64,000 nt of DNA from positions 160,001 to 224,000 of the forward strand of contig CAVQSP010000011.1 of the NCBI GenBank assembly GCA_963715985.1, in the 5' to 3' direction. Source of the DNA: an uncultured Thermoleophilia bacterium. GTDB lineage: Bacteria > Actinomycetota > Thermoleophilia > UBA2241. The notes beneath the pieces are model-generated. The model was not told the origin of the DNA. It did no database searches and was given only the letters and a program-made list of their open reading frames with translations. The position numbers and the translations under genes are program-made. Each line of letters begins with the position of its first letter. Positions within the stretch are counted from its first letter, which is position 1. Below, piece by piece: positions 50,191 through 59,891 of the stretch.

Positions 50191-51410
50191 CCGCCTTCAC
50201 CCGCCGGCGCTTCCACGAGATCTGCCGCGGCGAGCGCCTCGGCGACTTCGGCATCCTCGGCAACGGCATCCACATCTTCTGGCCGGAGACGGTGCAGGCC
50301 TGGGTCGCCCAGGGTGCGCCGGAGAGCTTCGCCCACGTCGACGAGCTCGAGTACGGCACGCCCAGCCCGGTCGACGAGTACTTCGGCTTCGACCCCTCCC
50401 GCTCCCTCGCCGAGGTCCACAGCGGCATGGACGCCGGCACGTCCATGCACGAATACGTGCCGGGGGTGGTGGCTCACAACCACGCCTTCCTGCTCAACCC
50501 GCCGTTCGAGCCGCAGGTGCTCGAGCAGGACGACAAGAGCATCGTGGTCCGCAACGGCAGCGGCATCACCGAACGGCTGCTCAAGGGCAGGCCTTTCAAC
50601 ATGCCGATGTGGCTCGACCACCCCGTCAAGGACCGGAGCACGTGGGAGCGCCTCCGCAGCCGCCTCGACCCTGACACCCCGGCTCGTTACCCGTCCGACT
50701 GGGAGGCCTATGCGGCGCAGATCAATGCGCTGGACTGCCCGGTCTCCATGGAGGTCGGCGGCTTCTTCGGCTACCTCAACATGTGGGTGGGCACAGAGGA
50801 CCTCATGTACCTCTTCTACGACGACCCGACGCTGGTCGAAGACATGATGGAGACCGTCCTGGAGCTCGAGCTGGCCATGGTGAAGCGCGTGACCCGGGAC
50901 ATCCGCCTCGACTGGGTGTGGTATTGGGAGGACATGGCCTACAAGAGCGGGCCCATGATCGGCCCGGACATGGTGCGCCGCTTCATGCTGCCGCGCTACG
51001 AAAGGCTCAACGAAGTGATCCGCGGGTCCGGCTGCGAGGTCCTCTACCTGGACTGCGACGGCAACGTCGATGAGCTCTTGCCGGTTTGGCTCGACGCAGG
51101 CATCAACCTGTTCTGGCCCCTGGAGGTGGCGGCCGGCACGGACCCGCTGGCCCTGCGCCGGAAGTACGGCAAGCACATCATCTTGGCAGGGGGTCTGGAC
51201 AAGCGCGAGCTGATGCGCGACGAGGAGTCACTGCGCCGCGAGGTCATGAGCAAGGTGCCGGAGCTGGCGAGGACGGGCCCCTACTTCCCCAGCCCCGACC
51301 ACCTCGTGCCCATCGACATGCCCTTCGAGAACTTCTGCACCTACATCGAGCTGCTGCGCGAGATCCGCGGGGACGAACCCCTGGGTCTCCCGCGCGCCTC
51401 GCGGACGTAG
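50187..51410 (+). CDS. uroporphyrinogen decarboxylase-family (MtaA/CmuA-like) methyltransferase
   Basis: WEDMAYKSGPMI, DCDGN, PLEVAAG, GGLDKR, PDH; translationally coupled to the corrinoid gene. Confidence 0.82.
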   Translation: MTAFTRRRFHEICRGERLGDFGILGNGIHIFWPETVQAWVAQGAPESFAHVDELEYGTPSPVDEYFGFDPSRSLAEVHSGMDAGTSMHEYVPGVVAHNHAFLLNPPFEPQVLEQDDKSIVVRNGSGITERLLKGRPFNMPMWLDHPVKDRSTWERLRSRLDPDTPARYPSDWEAYAAQINALDCPVSMEVGGFFGYLNMWVGTEDLMYLFYDDPTLVEDMMETVLELELAMVKRVTRDIRLDWVWYWEDMAYKSGPMIGPDMVRRFMLPRYERLNEVIRGSGCEVLYLDCDGNVDELLPVWLDAGINLFWPLEVAAGTDPLALRRKYGKHIILAGGLDKRELMRDEESLRREVMSKVPELARTGPYFPSPDHLVPIDMPFENFCTYIELLREIRGDEPLGLPRASRT

Positions 51411-51448
51411 ACCGACGGAACCGGACCCCGAGAGCAGGGAGGACGAGA

Positions 51449-52243
51449 GTGAGACGCTTCGAGGACAGGACGGTCATCGTCACCGGCGCCGCCCAGGGCA
51501 TGGGACAGGAGTTCTGCTGGCGGTTCGCGGAGGAGGGCGCCTACGTGGTGGGCGTCGATGTGAACGGCGATGGCCTCGGCGAGACGCGGGCCAAGGGGCC
51601 CGCCGGCCGCATCGAGGCGCTGGTCATGGACGTCAGCGACCCGGCGGCGGTACAGGCAGGCGTCGGCGGCGTGGCGGAGCGGCGCGGCCGCATCCACGTG
51701 CTTGTCAATGCGGCCGCCATCGCGCCCATGGTCGGCGTCCTCGACATCACGCCCGAACAGTGGCAGCGGGTCATCGACATCAATCTCAACGGCTACTTCT
51801 ACATGGCCCAGGCCGCCGCCCGGAACATGGTGGACCACGGCGGCGGCGCCATCGTCAACATCTCGTCCTGCAACTCGTTCATCGTCGAATCGCCCTATGC
51901 CGACTACAACGCCGCCAAGGGGGGCGTGAACCTGCTCACCCAGAGCATGGCGTTCGAGCTGGCCCACCTCGGCGTGCGCTGCGTGGCGGTGGCCCCGGGC
52001 ATGACGATGACCCCGATGATGGACTTCACGAACGACCAGCAGACCTATCGCGGCTACATGGAGAAGATCCCGATGCGGCGTCCGGCGCTGCCGCGCGACC
52101 AGGCCAACGTGGTCCTGTTCCTGGCGTCCGACGAGGCCGCCTACGTCACCGGGATCACGATCCGCGTGGACGGCGGCATCATGCAGGGCTTCTGGGCCGA
52201 CCCGCGGATGGCTCCGCCGGCCCTGCCCGGGGACGAGAGCTGA
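51449..52243 (+). CDS. short-chain dehydrogenase/reductase
   Basis: TGAAQGMG, YNAAK, VAPG; GGAGG RBS and GTG start. Confidence 0.92.
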   Translation: MRRFEDRTVIVTGAAQGMGQEFCWRFAEEGAYVVGVDVNGDGLGETRAKGPAGRIEALVMDVSDPAAVQAGVGGVAERRGRIHVLVNAAAIAPMVGVLDITPEQWQRVIDINLNGYFYMAQAAARNMVDHGGGAIVNISSCNSFIVESPYADYNAAKGGVNLLTQSMAFELAHLGVRCVAVAPGMTMTPMMDFTNDQQTYRGYMEKIPMRRPALPRDQANVVLFLASDEAAYVTGITIRVDGGIMQGFWADPRMAPPALPGDES

Positions 52244-52247
52244 GGGC

Positions 52248-53505
52248 GTGACCGGCGAGCGCACCAGCTGCGGGACCGCAGCCGGCACGTACGACCCCGG
52301 TCTCATGTCGGGCTTCCCGCCGCCGCCGGACCGCCGCGTGGCCGCCGACCAGGTGTACGCCGACCCGCGACACACGCAGTGGTTCATGCAGCACGCGCGC
52401 GAGGTCGTGGGCACGGCCGACGTCTCGGCGCGGCACGAGCCGGTCGCGGAGCTCGGCGCGGCGCCGGCGGACCTCGACGACGTCGCGCTCGTCGACGTCG
52501 GTGACGAGAGCGCCGGCGCCTCCCCCGGCACCTGGTCGTTCGCCGAGATGCTGGCCGCCGGCGAGACGGACGGCGTCCTTGTCTTGCGCGACGGAAAGGT
52601 CCTCTGCGAGCGCTACTTCGGCAGCCTGCGCCCCGAGACGCCGCACCTCTGGCACTCGATCACCAAGTCGCTCGGCTCCTGCGTGGTCGCGCACCTCGCC
52701 GACCGGGGGCTGCTGGGACCGGAGAGCGCCGTCGTCGACTTCGTCCCGGAGCTCGCCCACAGCGCCTACGCGCACGCGACCGTGCGCCACCTTCTCGACA
52801 TGACCGTCGGCATCCGCTACGTGGAGGATCACGAGGACCCCGACTCAGAGGACTCGCGGCTCGACCGCCTCTGCGGCCTCAAGCCGCGCCGCGCCGCCGA
52901 TGAGCCCGGCTCCATCTACGATGACGCCGTCGCCACGGTCCCGGTGGGCGAGCACGGCCGCGTGATGAAGTACGTGTCGCTCAACACCGACGTGCTCGGC
53001 TGGGTCATGGAGCGCGCGACCGGCACGGCCGTGCCGGAGCTTCTGCGCCGCGAGGTGTGGAGCAAGCTGGGCACCGAGCACGACGCATACATCCTGCTCG
53101 ACGGCGCCGGCAGCGCCCTGCTCGACGGCGGCTTCTGCGGCAGCCTGCGCGATCTGGCGCGCTTCGGCCAGATGCTGGCGCAGGACGGTCTCTGGAACGG
53201 GGTGCGGGTCGTGCCGGCCTCGTGGCTCGACGACCTGCGGCGAAACGGCGACAAGGCGGCGTTCGCCGCGTCCGACGACCCCGGCATGCTGCCCGGCGGT
53301 TCGTATCGCAGTTGCTTCTGGGTCGCGGAGCCGGCCGGCCGCGTGGTGCTGCTCGGCATCGGCATGTACGGGCAGATGCTCTACGTCGACCGCGACGCCA
53401 GGCGTGGTCGTCGCCAAGCTCTCAAGCCAGCCACGCGCCGGCCTCGCCGGGCCGATCACCCGTACGTTCTACGCCCTGGAGTCACTGGCCAGGGCGATCA
53501 CTTGA
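52248..53505 (+). CDS. serine hydrolase, beta-lactamase-like (NylB-type; frameshift ~53400)
   Basis: MSGFPPP, SITKS (SxxK), LLDMT, Y.SLNTD.LGW, GMYGQ. Confidence 0.82.
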
Positions 53506-53578
53506 CGATGACGACGTCGTGGGCGGCCGCGCCGAAGGCGACGGCCGCCCGGCAGAGACGAAGGAGGCAGATGCCGCG

Positions 53579-55043
53579 ATGAAACGAGGCGACTACGCCG
53601 GCCTGCCGCGCAGGGAGGGCATCGCCGCCCCCCCGCTGAGCGACGGCGACCTGCACGACATCCACATCGCCACGCTGGAGGTGCTCGAGCGCACCGGCGT
53701 CATGGTCGAAGCTCAGGACGCTCGCGACATCTTCAGGGACGGCGGCTGCGTCGTCGACGAGGAGACCCACCTCGTGCGCATCCCGCCGAGCGTGGTGGAA
53801 GACGCGATCCGCTCCACGCCACCGCTGATCAGGTGGTGCGGCCGCGACCCCAGGCACGACCTGATGCTGGGCGGCGGCCGCCTGGCCTTCATGAACTTCG
53901 GCGAGGCGCCCAAGGTCAACGACCTCGAGACCGGCGAGAACCGGCCGGCTCGCATCAGCGATGTGGCGGACATCTGCACCGTCGTCGACTGGGCCGGCGA
54001 CATCGACGTCTACGAGGCCGCCATCACCCCGCGCGACTGCCCCGAGGACCTCGCCACCGTGCACCACCTGGCGGCGGCGCTCCCCCACGTCAGCAAGCCG
54101 ATGATGTTCGGGCCGCTCAGCACGTTCGAGTCGCAGACGTGCCTCGATCTGGCCGTTGCCGTCGCCGGCAGCCACGACGCGCTGCGCGAGCGGCCGTTCC
54201 TGGGGCTCGGCATGTGCTCGCTGAGCCCGCTGCAACTCACCGCGCAGGGCACCGACGTCTGCCTGTTCGCGGCGCGCAACGGCCTGCCGCTCAGCATCCT
54301 GGCCATGTGCATGGCGGGCGGCACCACGCCGCAGACCCTCGCGGGGACGCTCGTCGTGCACAACGCCGAGGTGCTCGCAGGCATCGTCATGGTCCAGCTC
54401 GCCGAGCGCGGCGCCCCGGTCATCTACTCGTCCTCGAGCACGGCGATGGACCTGCGCCTGGGCACGGCCTCGGTCGGGACGCCGGAGACGGCCCTGCTCA
54501 ACGCCTGCGTCGGGCAGATCTCACGTCAGTACGAGATCCCCTCGTGGGTGGCCGGGTTGTAGGCGGACTCCAAGGTGAGCGACGCGCAGACGGCCTACGA
54601 GAAGACCCTCACCGGACTTGCGCCAGCGCTGGCAGGGGCCAGCCTGATCTACGGTGCGGGGATGCTCGAATCGGGCATGACGTGCGATCTCGGCCAGATG
54701 GTCATGGACAACGAGAACATCGGTCTCATCCGCCAGCTCGTGCGAGGCGTGGCGGTGACCCCCGAGACCCTGGCGGTCGACCTCATCCACGAGGTGGGCC
54801 CCGGCGGCGAGTTCATCTCGTCCGACCACACCATGCGGCACATGCGAGAAGCGAGCATGCCGAGAGCTGTGGGACCGCGACGTGCGCGCCGCGTGGGAGG
54901 AGTCGGGCGCGACCGACCTGCCGGCGCGCGCCCGCGACGAAGCCCGGCGCGTGGTGGCGGAGCACAGGCCCGAACCGCTTCCCGACGACGTTCTCGCTGA
55001 GCTCGACAGGATCGTGCAGGCCGCCGACGCCACCGTGGGCTGA
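53579..55043 (+). CDS. mttB: trimethylamine:corrinoid methyltransferase with in-frame amber codon (predicted pyrrolysine); frameshift ~54865
   Basis: MAGGTTP.TLAGTLVVHNAEVL, GTPE, YEIPSWVAGL-TAG(54560-54562)-ADSKVSDAQTAYEKT, IYGAGMLESG, VGPGGEF. Confidence 0.9.
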
Positions 55044-55099
55044 GGCGCCCGCAGCCTGTCGGCGGACAGACCCCCCAACCCACGATGAGGAGACAGACG

Positions 55100-56197
55100 A
55101 TGGACGAGATCGGCGTCGGCCTGGTGGGAGCCGGGCTCATCAGCGACCAGCATGCATTGGCGTTCCGCCGGGTGAAGGGCGCGCGCGTGCTGGCGGTGGC
55201 CGATCCGGACACGGCCCGGGCGCGCAGACTCGCAGACACGTACGGGCTGGACGCGGCCTACGACGACTTCCGCCGCCTGCTCGAGCGCCCCGACATCGAC
55301 ATGATCTGCATCGGCGCGCCCAACTACGTCCACCGCGAGATCGGCGTGGCCGCGGCGCAGGCCGGCAAGCACATCGTCTGTGAGAAGCCGCTGGCGCGCA
55401 CCATGGCGGAGGGCGACGAGATGCTGGCCGCCGCCGAACTCGCCGGCATCAAGCTCATGTACGCCGAGCTCATCTGCTTCGCGCCCCGCTACGTGCGCGC
55501 CAAGGAGCTGATGGACGAGGGCGCGTTCGGCCGTGTCTTCCAGATCAAGCACGGCGAGACCCACTACGGCCCGCACTCCGACTGGTTCTGGGACGGCGAC
55601 CTCTCCGGCGGCGGCGTGATGATGGACATGGGCTGCCACAGCGTCGAGATCATCCGCTGGCTCTACGACAAGCCCCCCATCGAGTCGGTCACGGCGGAGC
55701 TCGGCACGTTCGTGCACGGCGAGCGCACCGACGTGGAGGACCACGCCTTGGTGACGATCCGCTTCGCGGGCGACCGCCTCGGCGTGATCGAGGGAAGCTG
55801 GGCGAAACCCGGCGGCATGGACGACCGTCTGGACATCCAGGGCAGCCAGGGCACCTGCCACGGCGACATGATGCAGCAGTCGTCGCTGTTCGCCTACAGC
55901 GACGTGGGCTACGGCTACTCCGTGGAGAAGGGCACGAGCCTCGGCTACAGCTACGCCATCGCCGAGGAGTACTACAACTACGGCATGCCGCAGGAGATGC
56001 AGCACTTCACCGACTGCGTCCTCAAGGACAGCGCGCCCTTGGAGACGGGCCTCGACGGGCGCGTCTCCCTCGAGGTCATCTACGCCGCCTACCGCTCGGC
56101 CGCCACCGGCACGAGGGTGCGCTTCCCGCTGGAGCTCTCGGCCGAGGAGGCATCGGAAGCTCCGTATCTGCAGTGGAAGCGCCGGCGGGAACAATAG
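55100..56197 (+). CDS. Gfo/Idh/MocA-family oxidoreductase
   Basis: GLVGAG, CEKPLA, GGGVMMDMGCH. Confidence 0.92.
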   Translation: MDEIGVGLVGAGLISDQHALAFRRVKGARVLAVADPDTARARRLADTYGLDAAYDDFRRLLERPDIDMICIGAPNYVHREIGVAAAQAGKHIVCEKPLARTMAEGDEMLAAAELAGIKLMYAELICFAPRYVRAKELMDEGAFGRVFQIKHGETHYGPHSDWFWDGDLSGGGVMMDMGCHSVEIIRWLYDKPPIESVTAELGTFVHGERTDVEDHALVTIRFAGDRLGVIEGSWAKPGGMDDRLDIQGSQGTCHGDMMQQSSLFAYSDVGYGYSVEKGTSLGYSYAIAEEYYNYGMPQEMQHFTDCVLKDSAPLETGLDGRVSLEVIYAAYRSAATGTRVRFPLELSAEEASEAPYLQWKRRREQ

Positions 56198-56277
56198 GAC
56201 CAGGCGGTGTGAGTCGTCTGCGGTCGGCGAGTCGAGAGATCTGAGGCGCCTGCGTCGGAGGACGCGGGAGGGTCCCG

Positions 56278-56419
56278 GAGCTCAACGTGAATCGCTGTTT
56301 CTGCAGGTACCTGCCGCTACGCCCGCTCGAGGAGATCGAGGCCGACATTCACGGTCGAGACCGAGATCGCGCACATGCTCGGGGAGATCGCGGGGAGCGG
56401 CGCGGAGCAGCGGCGATGA
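56278..56419 (+). pseudogene. C-terminal remnant of a type I R-M methyltransferase (HsdM)
   Basis: ELNVNRCFCRYLPLRPLEEIEADI / VETEIAHMLGEIAG matches the HsdM tail pattern YEINFNRYFY..PRPLEEIEADI. Confidence 0.6.
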
Positions 56420-56457
56420 CGCGCGCCGCCTCCTCGCCCCGTCTCGCCACGGCGACC

Positions 56458-56745
56458 TCAGTCCCAGCCCGGCGGGAGCCTGTGGGTGCGGCGATAGGCC
56501 GTGCTGCGGTGAGCCACGCGCACCACGCAGATCACGATGCGCCCTTCATCGATCGCGTAGACGATGCGGTAGTCGCCGGCCTTCGCCCGATACAGATGGT
56601 CCGTGCCGACGACGCGGCGCGCGCCCGGCCGGCGCGGATTCGCCGCAAGACGCTCGAGCACGCGGCCGATTGTCGCACGCGCCGGGAGCGTCAGGCGCCG
56701 GAGCTCGCGCTCGGCCGCGTCGGTGCAGCCGATGACGCAGGCCAA
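56458..56745 (-). CDS. RelE/ParE-family toxin
   Basis: AEREL..L.ANPR.PG...YRAKAGDYRIVY.I...VAHR. Confidence 0.8.
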   Translation of the reverse strand: MACVIGCTDAAERELRRLTLPARATIGRVLERLAANPRRPGARRVVGTDHLYRAKAGDYRIVYAIDEGRIVICVVRVAHRSTAYRRTHRLPPGWD

Positions 56746-56754
56746 GCGCGCACT

Positions 56755-57064
56755 CTACAGGCCCAGCTCGGCCTTGATGTCGGTCCAGGGCCGCGTCTTG
56801 TCGAGCTCGCCGGCCTCGAGAGCGCGCCTGTACTCCGCTGCGTCTAGCTGGTCCTCCACCACCTGCGCGACAAACATGTCCTCGATCGGGACCACAGCGG
56901 CAAGCGGCTTGCCGTGACGCTTGATCACGAAACGGTCGCCGCCGAAGGCGACACGGTTGTCGGATCTCGGCCAGGTTGGCGCGCAGGTCCTTGGCCGTGA
57001 CGAGGCCGGCGTCGCCGAAGTCGCCCTTTCTGCGTCGCCGGTCGCCGTCCCACTCGGGCGTCAT
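56755..57064 (-). CDS. Phd/YefM-family antitoxin (frameshift ~56958)
   Basis: VTAKDLRANLAEI/NRVAFGGDRFVIKRHGKPLAAVVPIED...WTDIKAELGL. Confidence 0.72.
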
Positions 57065-57374
57065 CTGGATACCGCACGAAGCAGCGGGCGTGGAAGTGGA
57101 CCTTGCCACCAACGATACACCTGCGCTCGGTCGGTGGCGTGAGCGCGTGAGGCGAGTGCGCCGCGCCGAGCCTCGGTCCGGCGCCGGCCACGGCGCGCGG
57201 GAAGGCCGCTCGCGGCGGACAGGGATGACGTTGCTTCCCGCGCTCGGATGACATTCACGGGGCGCCCGGCATGTGCCGCCCGGCGCTTCTCCGCGCCCGT
57301 CGCCGCCACGCGTCTGTAGACTACGCGGGACCGTCCCCGCACCTGCTCCTGCCGGAGCGAAAGCGAGCAGCATC

Positions 57375-58700
57375 ATGGATGACGACACCCCGGCCTTCGA
57401 ACCGCTCCCTCTCGACTGGGACACATCGGCCGTCGCCGAGCGCCGGCGGCGCTACCTCTCCCCCGTGCTCGGCACGTTCATCGGCTACGACGAGCCGGTC
57501 GTCTGGCAGAAGGGCCGCGGACAGTATGTGTGGGACAACCACGGCAGGCGCTTTCTCGACTGCATGGCGCAGAACGTGTGCATCAGCGTGGGGCACGCGC
57601 ACCCCGGCGTGCTGGCGGCGGTGCGCGAGCAGATGGAACAGGTGCCGCACATCACGACGGTCTACCACCACCCGCAGCCCGGGCACTTCGCCGAGGAGCT
57701 CGTCGCGCGGCTGCCCGAGGGCCCCGACTGGGTGGTGCACTTCGTCAACAGCGGCGCCGAGGCCGTGGACCTCGCCGTGATGCTCGCCCGGGCGTATACG
57801 CGCTCCTACGAGATGCTGGCCCTGCGCGACGCCTACCACGGCATGCACTACGGCGCCCAGACGGCCACGGGCATCGGTCACGCCCGGCAGATCGCGCCGC
57901 CGGCCCCCGGCTACGTGCAGGTGATGGCGCCGCACCCGTACCGCGGCCCGTTCGGCGCCGAGGCGGCGCCGTACCTGGAGGAGCTGCACCGCGTGCTGCA
58001 CACCAACACCTGCGGCGCCGTCGCCGGCCTCATCGCCGAGCCCATCCAGGGGTACGGCGGCATCGTCGAGATGCCGCCGGGCTGGCTGCGCGGCGCGGCC
58101 GAGCAGGTGCGCGCGGCCGGCGGCCTGCTGATCGTGGACGAGGTGCAGGCCGGCTTCGCGCGCACGGGCGACCACTTCTGGGGCTTCGAGGCCCACGACG
58201 TGGTGCCCGACGTCATCGTGCTGTCCAAGGGCATCGGCAACGGCTTCCCCATCGCCGCCGTGGTGACGAGGCGCGAGGTGGCCGAGGCGATGGCGGCGCG
58301 CATGTTCTTCAACACGTACGGCTCCAACCCCACCTGCTGCGCCGCCGGCCGGGCCGTGCTGCGCGCCATCGCGGAGGAGGGACTCCAGGCCAACGCGCAG
58401 CGCGTCGGCGGCCTCGTGCTCGACGGGCTGCGGCAGCTGCAGACGGCCCACGAGCGTCTCGGCGACGTGCGCGGCCGCGGCCTGCTGATCGGCGCGGAGC
58501 TGATCAGGGATCCGGACTCGCGCGAGGCCGACGCAGCTGCCGCCGAGCGCGTGCAGCTGGCGCTGCTCGCGCGCGGCGTGGTCGTCGGCCTCTGCGGCCG
58601 CGAGCACAACGTGGTCAAGATCAACCCGCCGCTGTGCGTCACCGACGAGGACGCGGCCTTCTTGCTGGCCGCGATGGAGGATGCGCTCGCCGCACTGTGA
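57375..58700 (+). CDS. class III PLP aminotransferase (AGXT2-like)
   Basis: SVGHAHP, NSGAEA, EPIQGYGG, DEVQAGFARTG, SKGIGNG. Confidence 0.92.
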   Translation: MDDDTPAFEPLPLDWDTSAVAERRRRYLSPVLGTFIGYDEPVVWQKGRGQYVWDNHGRRFLDCMAQNVCISVGHAHPGVLAAVREQMEQVPHITTVYHHPQPGHFAEELVARLPEGPDWVVHFVNSGAEAVDLAVMLARAYTRSYEMLALRDAYHGMHYGAQTATGIGHARQIAPPAPGYVQVMAPHPYRGPFGAEAAPYLEELHRVLHTNTCGAVAGLIAEPIQGYGGIVEMPPGWLRGAAEQVRAAGGLLIVDEVQAGFARTGDHFWGFEAHDVVPDVIVLSKGIGNGFPIAAVVTRREVAEAMAARMFFNTYGSNPTCCAAGRAVLRAIAEEGLQANAQRVGGLVLDGLRQLQTAHERLGDVRGRGLLIGAELIRDPDSREADAAAAERVQLALLARGVVVGLCGREHNVVKINPPLCVTDEDAAFLLAAMEDALAAL

Positions 58701-58746
58701 GGCCGGACCGTGCCGCGCACCCCCGGTCGCGTTCGGCGCAGATGCG

Positions 58747-59142
58747 TCAGGCGTCGGCGGATCGGGTCAGAGTGGGGAACGCGCGGAGCAGACCCCGGTC
58801 GAAGGTGAGGACCTTGGAACCGAGCCGCTCTGCGGCCGCCACGAAGACAGCGTCGTACATGGGGTGATCGTGGCGCAGAGCCAGGCCCACGGCGGCCCTC
58901 CACAGCTGCTCGGTGGGCAGCACGCGCTCGATGAGTGCCTCGGCGTGGTCAAGCGCCCCGAGAAAGTCCGCCACGCCCACGCCCGGCCGACGCGCCCACT
59001 GCCAGACCACGTTGCCGTACTCGGCGAAGAACAGGTCGGGGACGACGACGACATCGACCTCGGCCAGCGCCTGCCACGCCTTCTCGCGGACCTCGGCCGG
59101 CCCAAGGACGGCGTACGCGATCACGTTGGTGTCGACGATCAC
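58747..59142 (-). CDS. PIN-domain (VapC/FitB) toxin
   Basis: MIVDTNV, E..N, YDA, TFD acidic PIN residues. Confidence 0.85.
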   Translation of the reverse strand: MIVDTNVIAYAVLGPAEVREKAWQALAEVDVVVVPDLFFAEYGNVVWQWARRPGVGVADFLGALDHAEALIERVLPTEQLWRAAVGLALRHDHPMYDAVFVAAAERLGSKVLTFDRGLLRAFPTLTRSADA

Positions 59143-59148
59143 CGGCCT

Positions 59149-59373
59149 TCACTCCCGGCCCGTGTCCAGCCACGCGTCGATATCGGCCGCACTCACCTCC
59201 GGCAGATGCTCCCAGCGTTCGCGCACGGTGTCGAGGATCTCCTGCCGCGTCGCGTATCTGGCCGCGAGTGTGTCGCGAAGCTCCTGCTCCAGGGAGTGCC
59301 CGTGCGCAGCCGCCGCGGCCTTGATGCGCGCCACCAGCTCATCCGGGAGACGGCGTATGGTCACTGAAGCCAC
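59149..59373 (-). CDS. FitA-like ribbon-helix-helix antitoxin
   Basis: MASVTIRRLPDE..RIK..AAAHGHSLEQELR. Confidence 0.85.
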   Translation of the reverse strand: MASVTIRRLPDELVARIKAAAAAHGHSLEQELRDTLAARYATRQEILDTVRERWEHLPEVSAADIDAWLDTGRE

Positions 59374-59658
59374 TGGACATCACCGTCTGCATTCTACGGC
59401 GTCTGCAATCATGATGCAATCACTTCGCATGCGGTACGACGGTCTGCCTGTGCCGCTGCGCGCCTCGCTCCCGCCGACCTTGCGGACTTCTCCCATCACA
59501 TCGGGGGACGTTGGCTCATTACCCTGGGGAACCCAGCCGACCGATACCTGACGCAGACACTGGGTGCCGCCGTGCGGGCGTCCGGGCCCTCACCGGTGGC
59601 GCCGTGGCCGCGAGCCTCGCACTGAAGGGGACGGTGAGGCTCAAGGAGGACAGCGGTC

Positions 59659-59700
59659 CGGGCGCCGGGGATGCTGACACCTCCCCATCCCCGGCGCCCG
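59659..59700. repeat. perfect 15-bp inverted repeat
   Basis: CGGGCGCCGGGGATG / CATCCCCGGCGCCCG with 12-nt loop CTGACACCTCCC. Confidence 0.8.
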
Positions 59701-59720
59701 CGCCCCACGCCGGGGGTGTG

Positions 59721-59772
59721 AAAGAGACCCGTTTCGGCAGCGACCCGCGTGGCGACCCGGAACGGGTCTTTC
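59721..59772. terminator. long hairpin with flanking A/T runs (possible bidirectional terminator)
   Basis: AAAGAGACCCGTT...AACGGGTCTTT. Confidence 0.4.
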
Positions 59773-59891
59773 GGCGCTCGCTCCGTCGCCTCGCCCTATC
59801 ATGCGCAGGCACGAGGAGTAGACTCGCGGCAGGCAAGCCGACGAGACAGTACTAAGGTGTTCACATCGGGGCGGACGAAGGGAGCCGACAC

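Noticed and set aside
50187-51410. hemE (heme biosynthesis)
   Set aside because: Lacks the HemE RQAGR motif and is coupled to a corrinoid protein, which fits the methyltransferase branch.
52248-53505. Beta-lactam resistance gene
   Set aside because: No signal peptide, NylB-like motifs and a catabolic context favour an amidase or esterase.
54560-54562. Nonsense mutation making mttB a pseudogene
   Set aside because: The TAG sits at the conserved Pyl position and the downstream frame is fully conserved.
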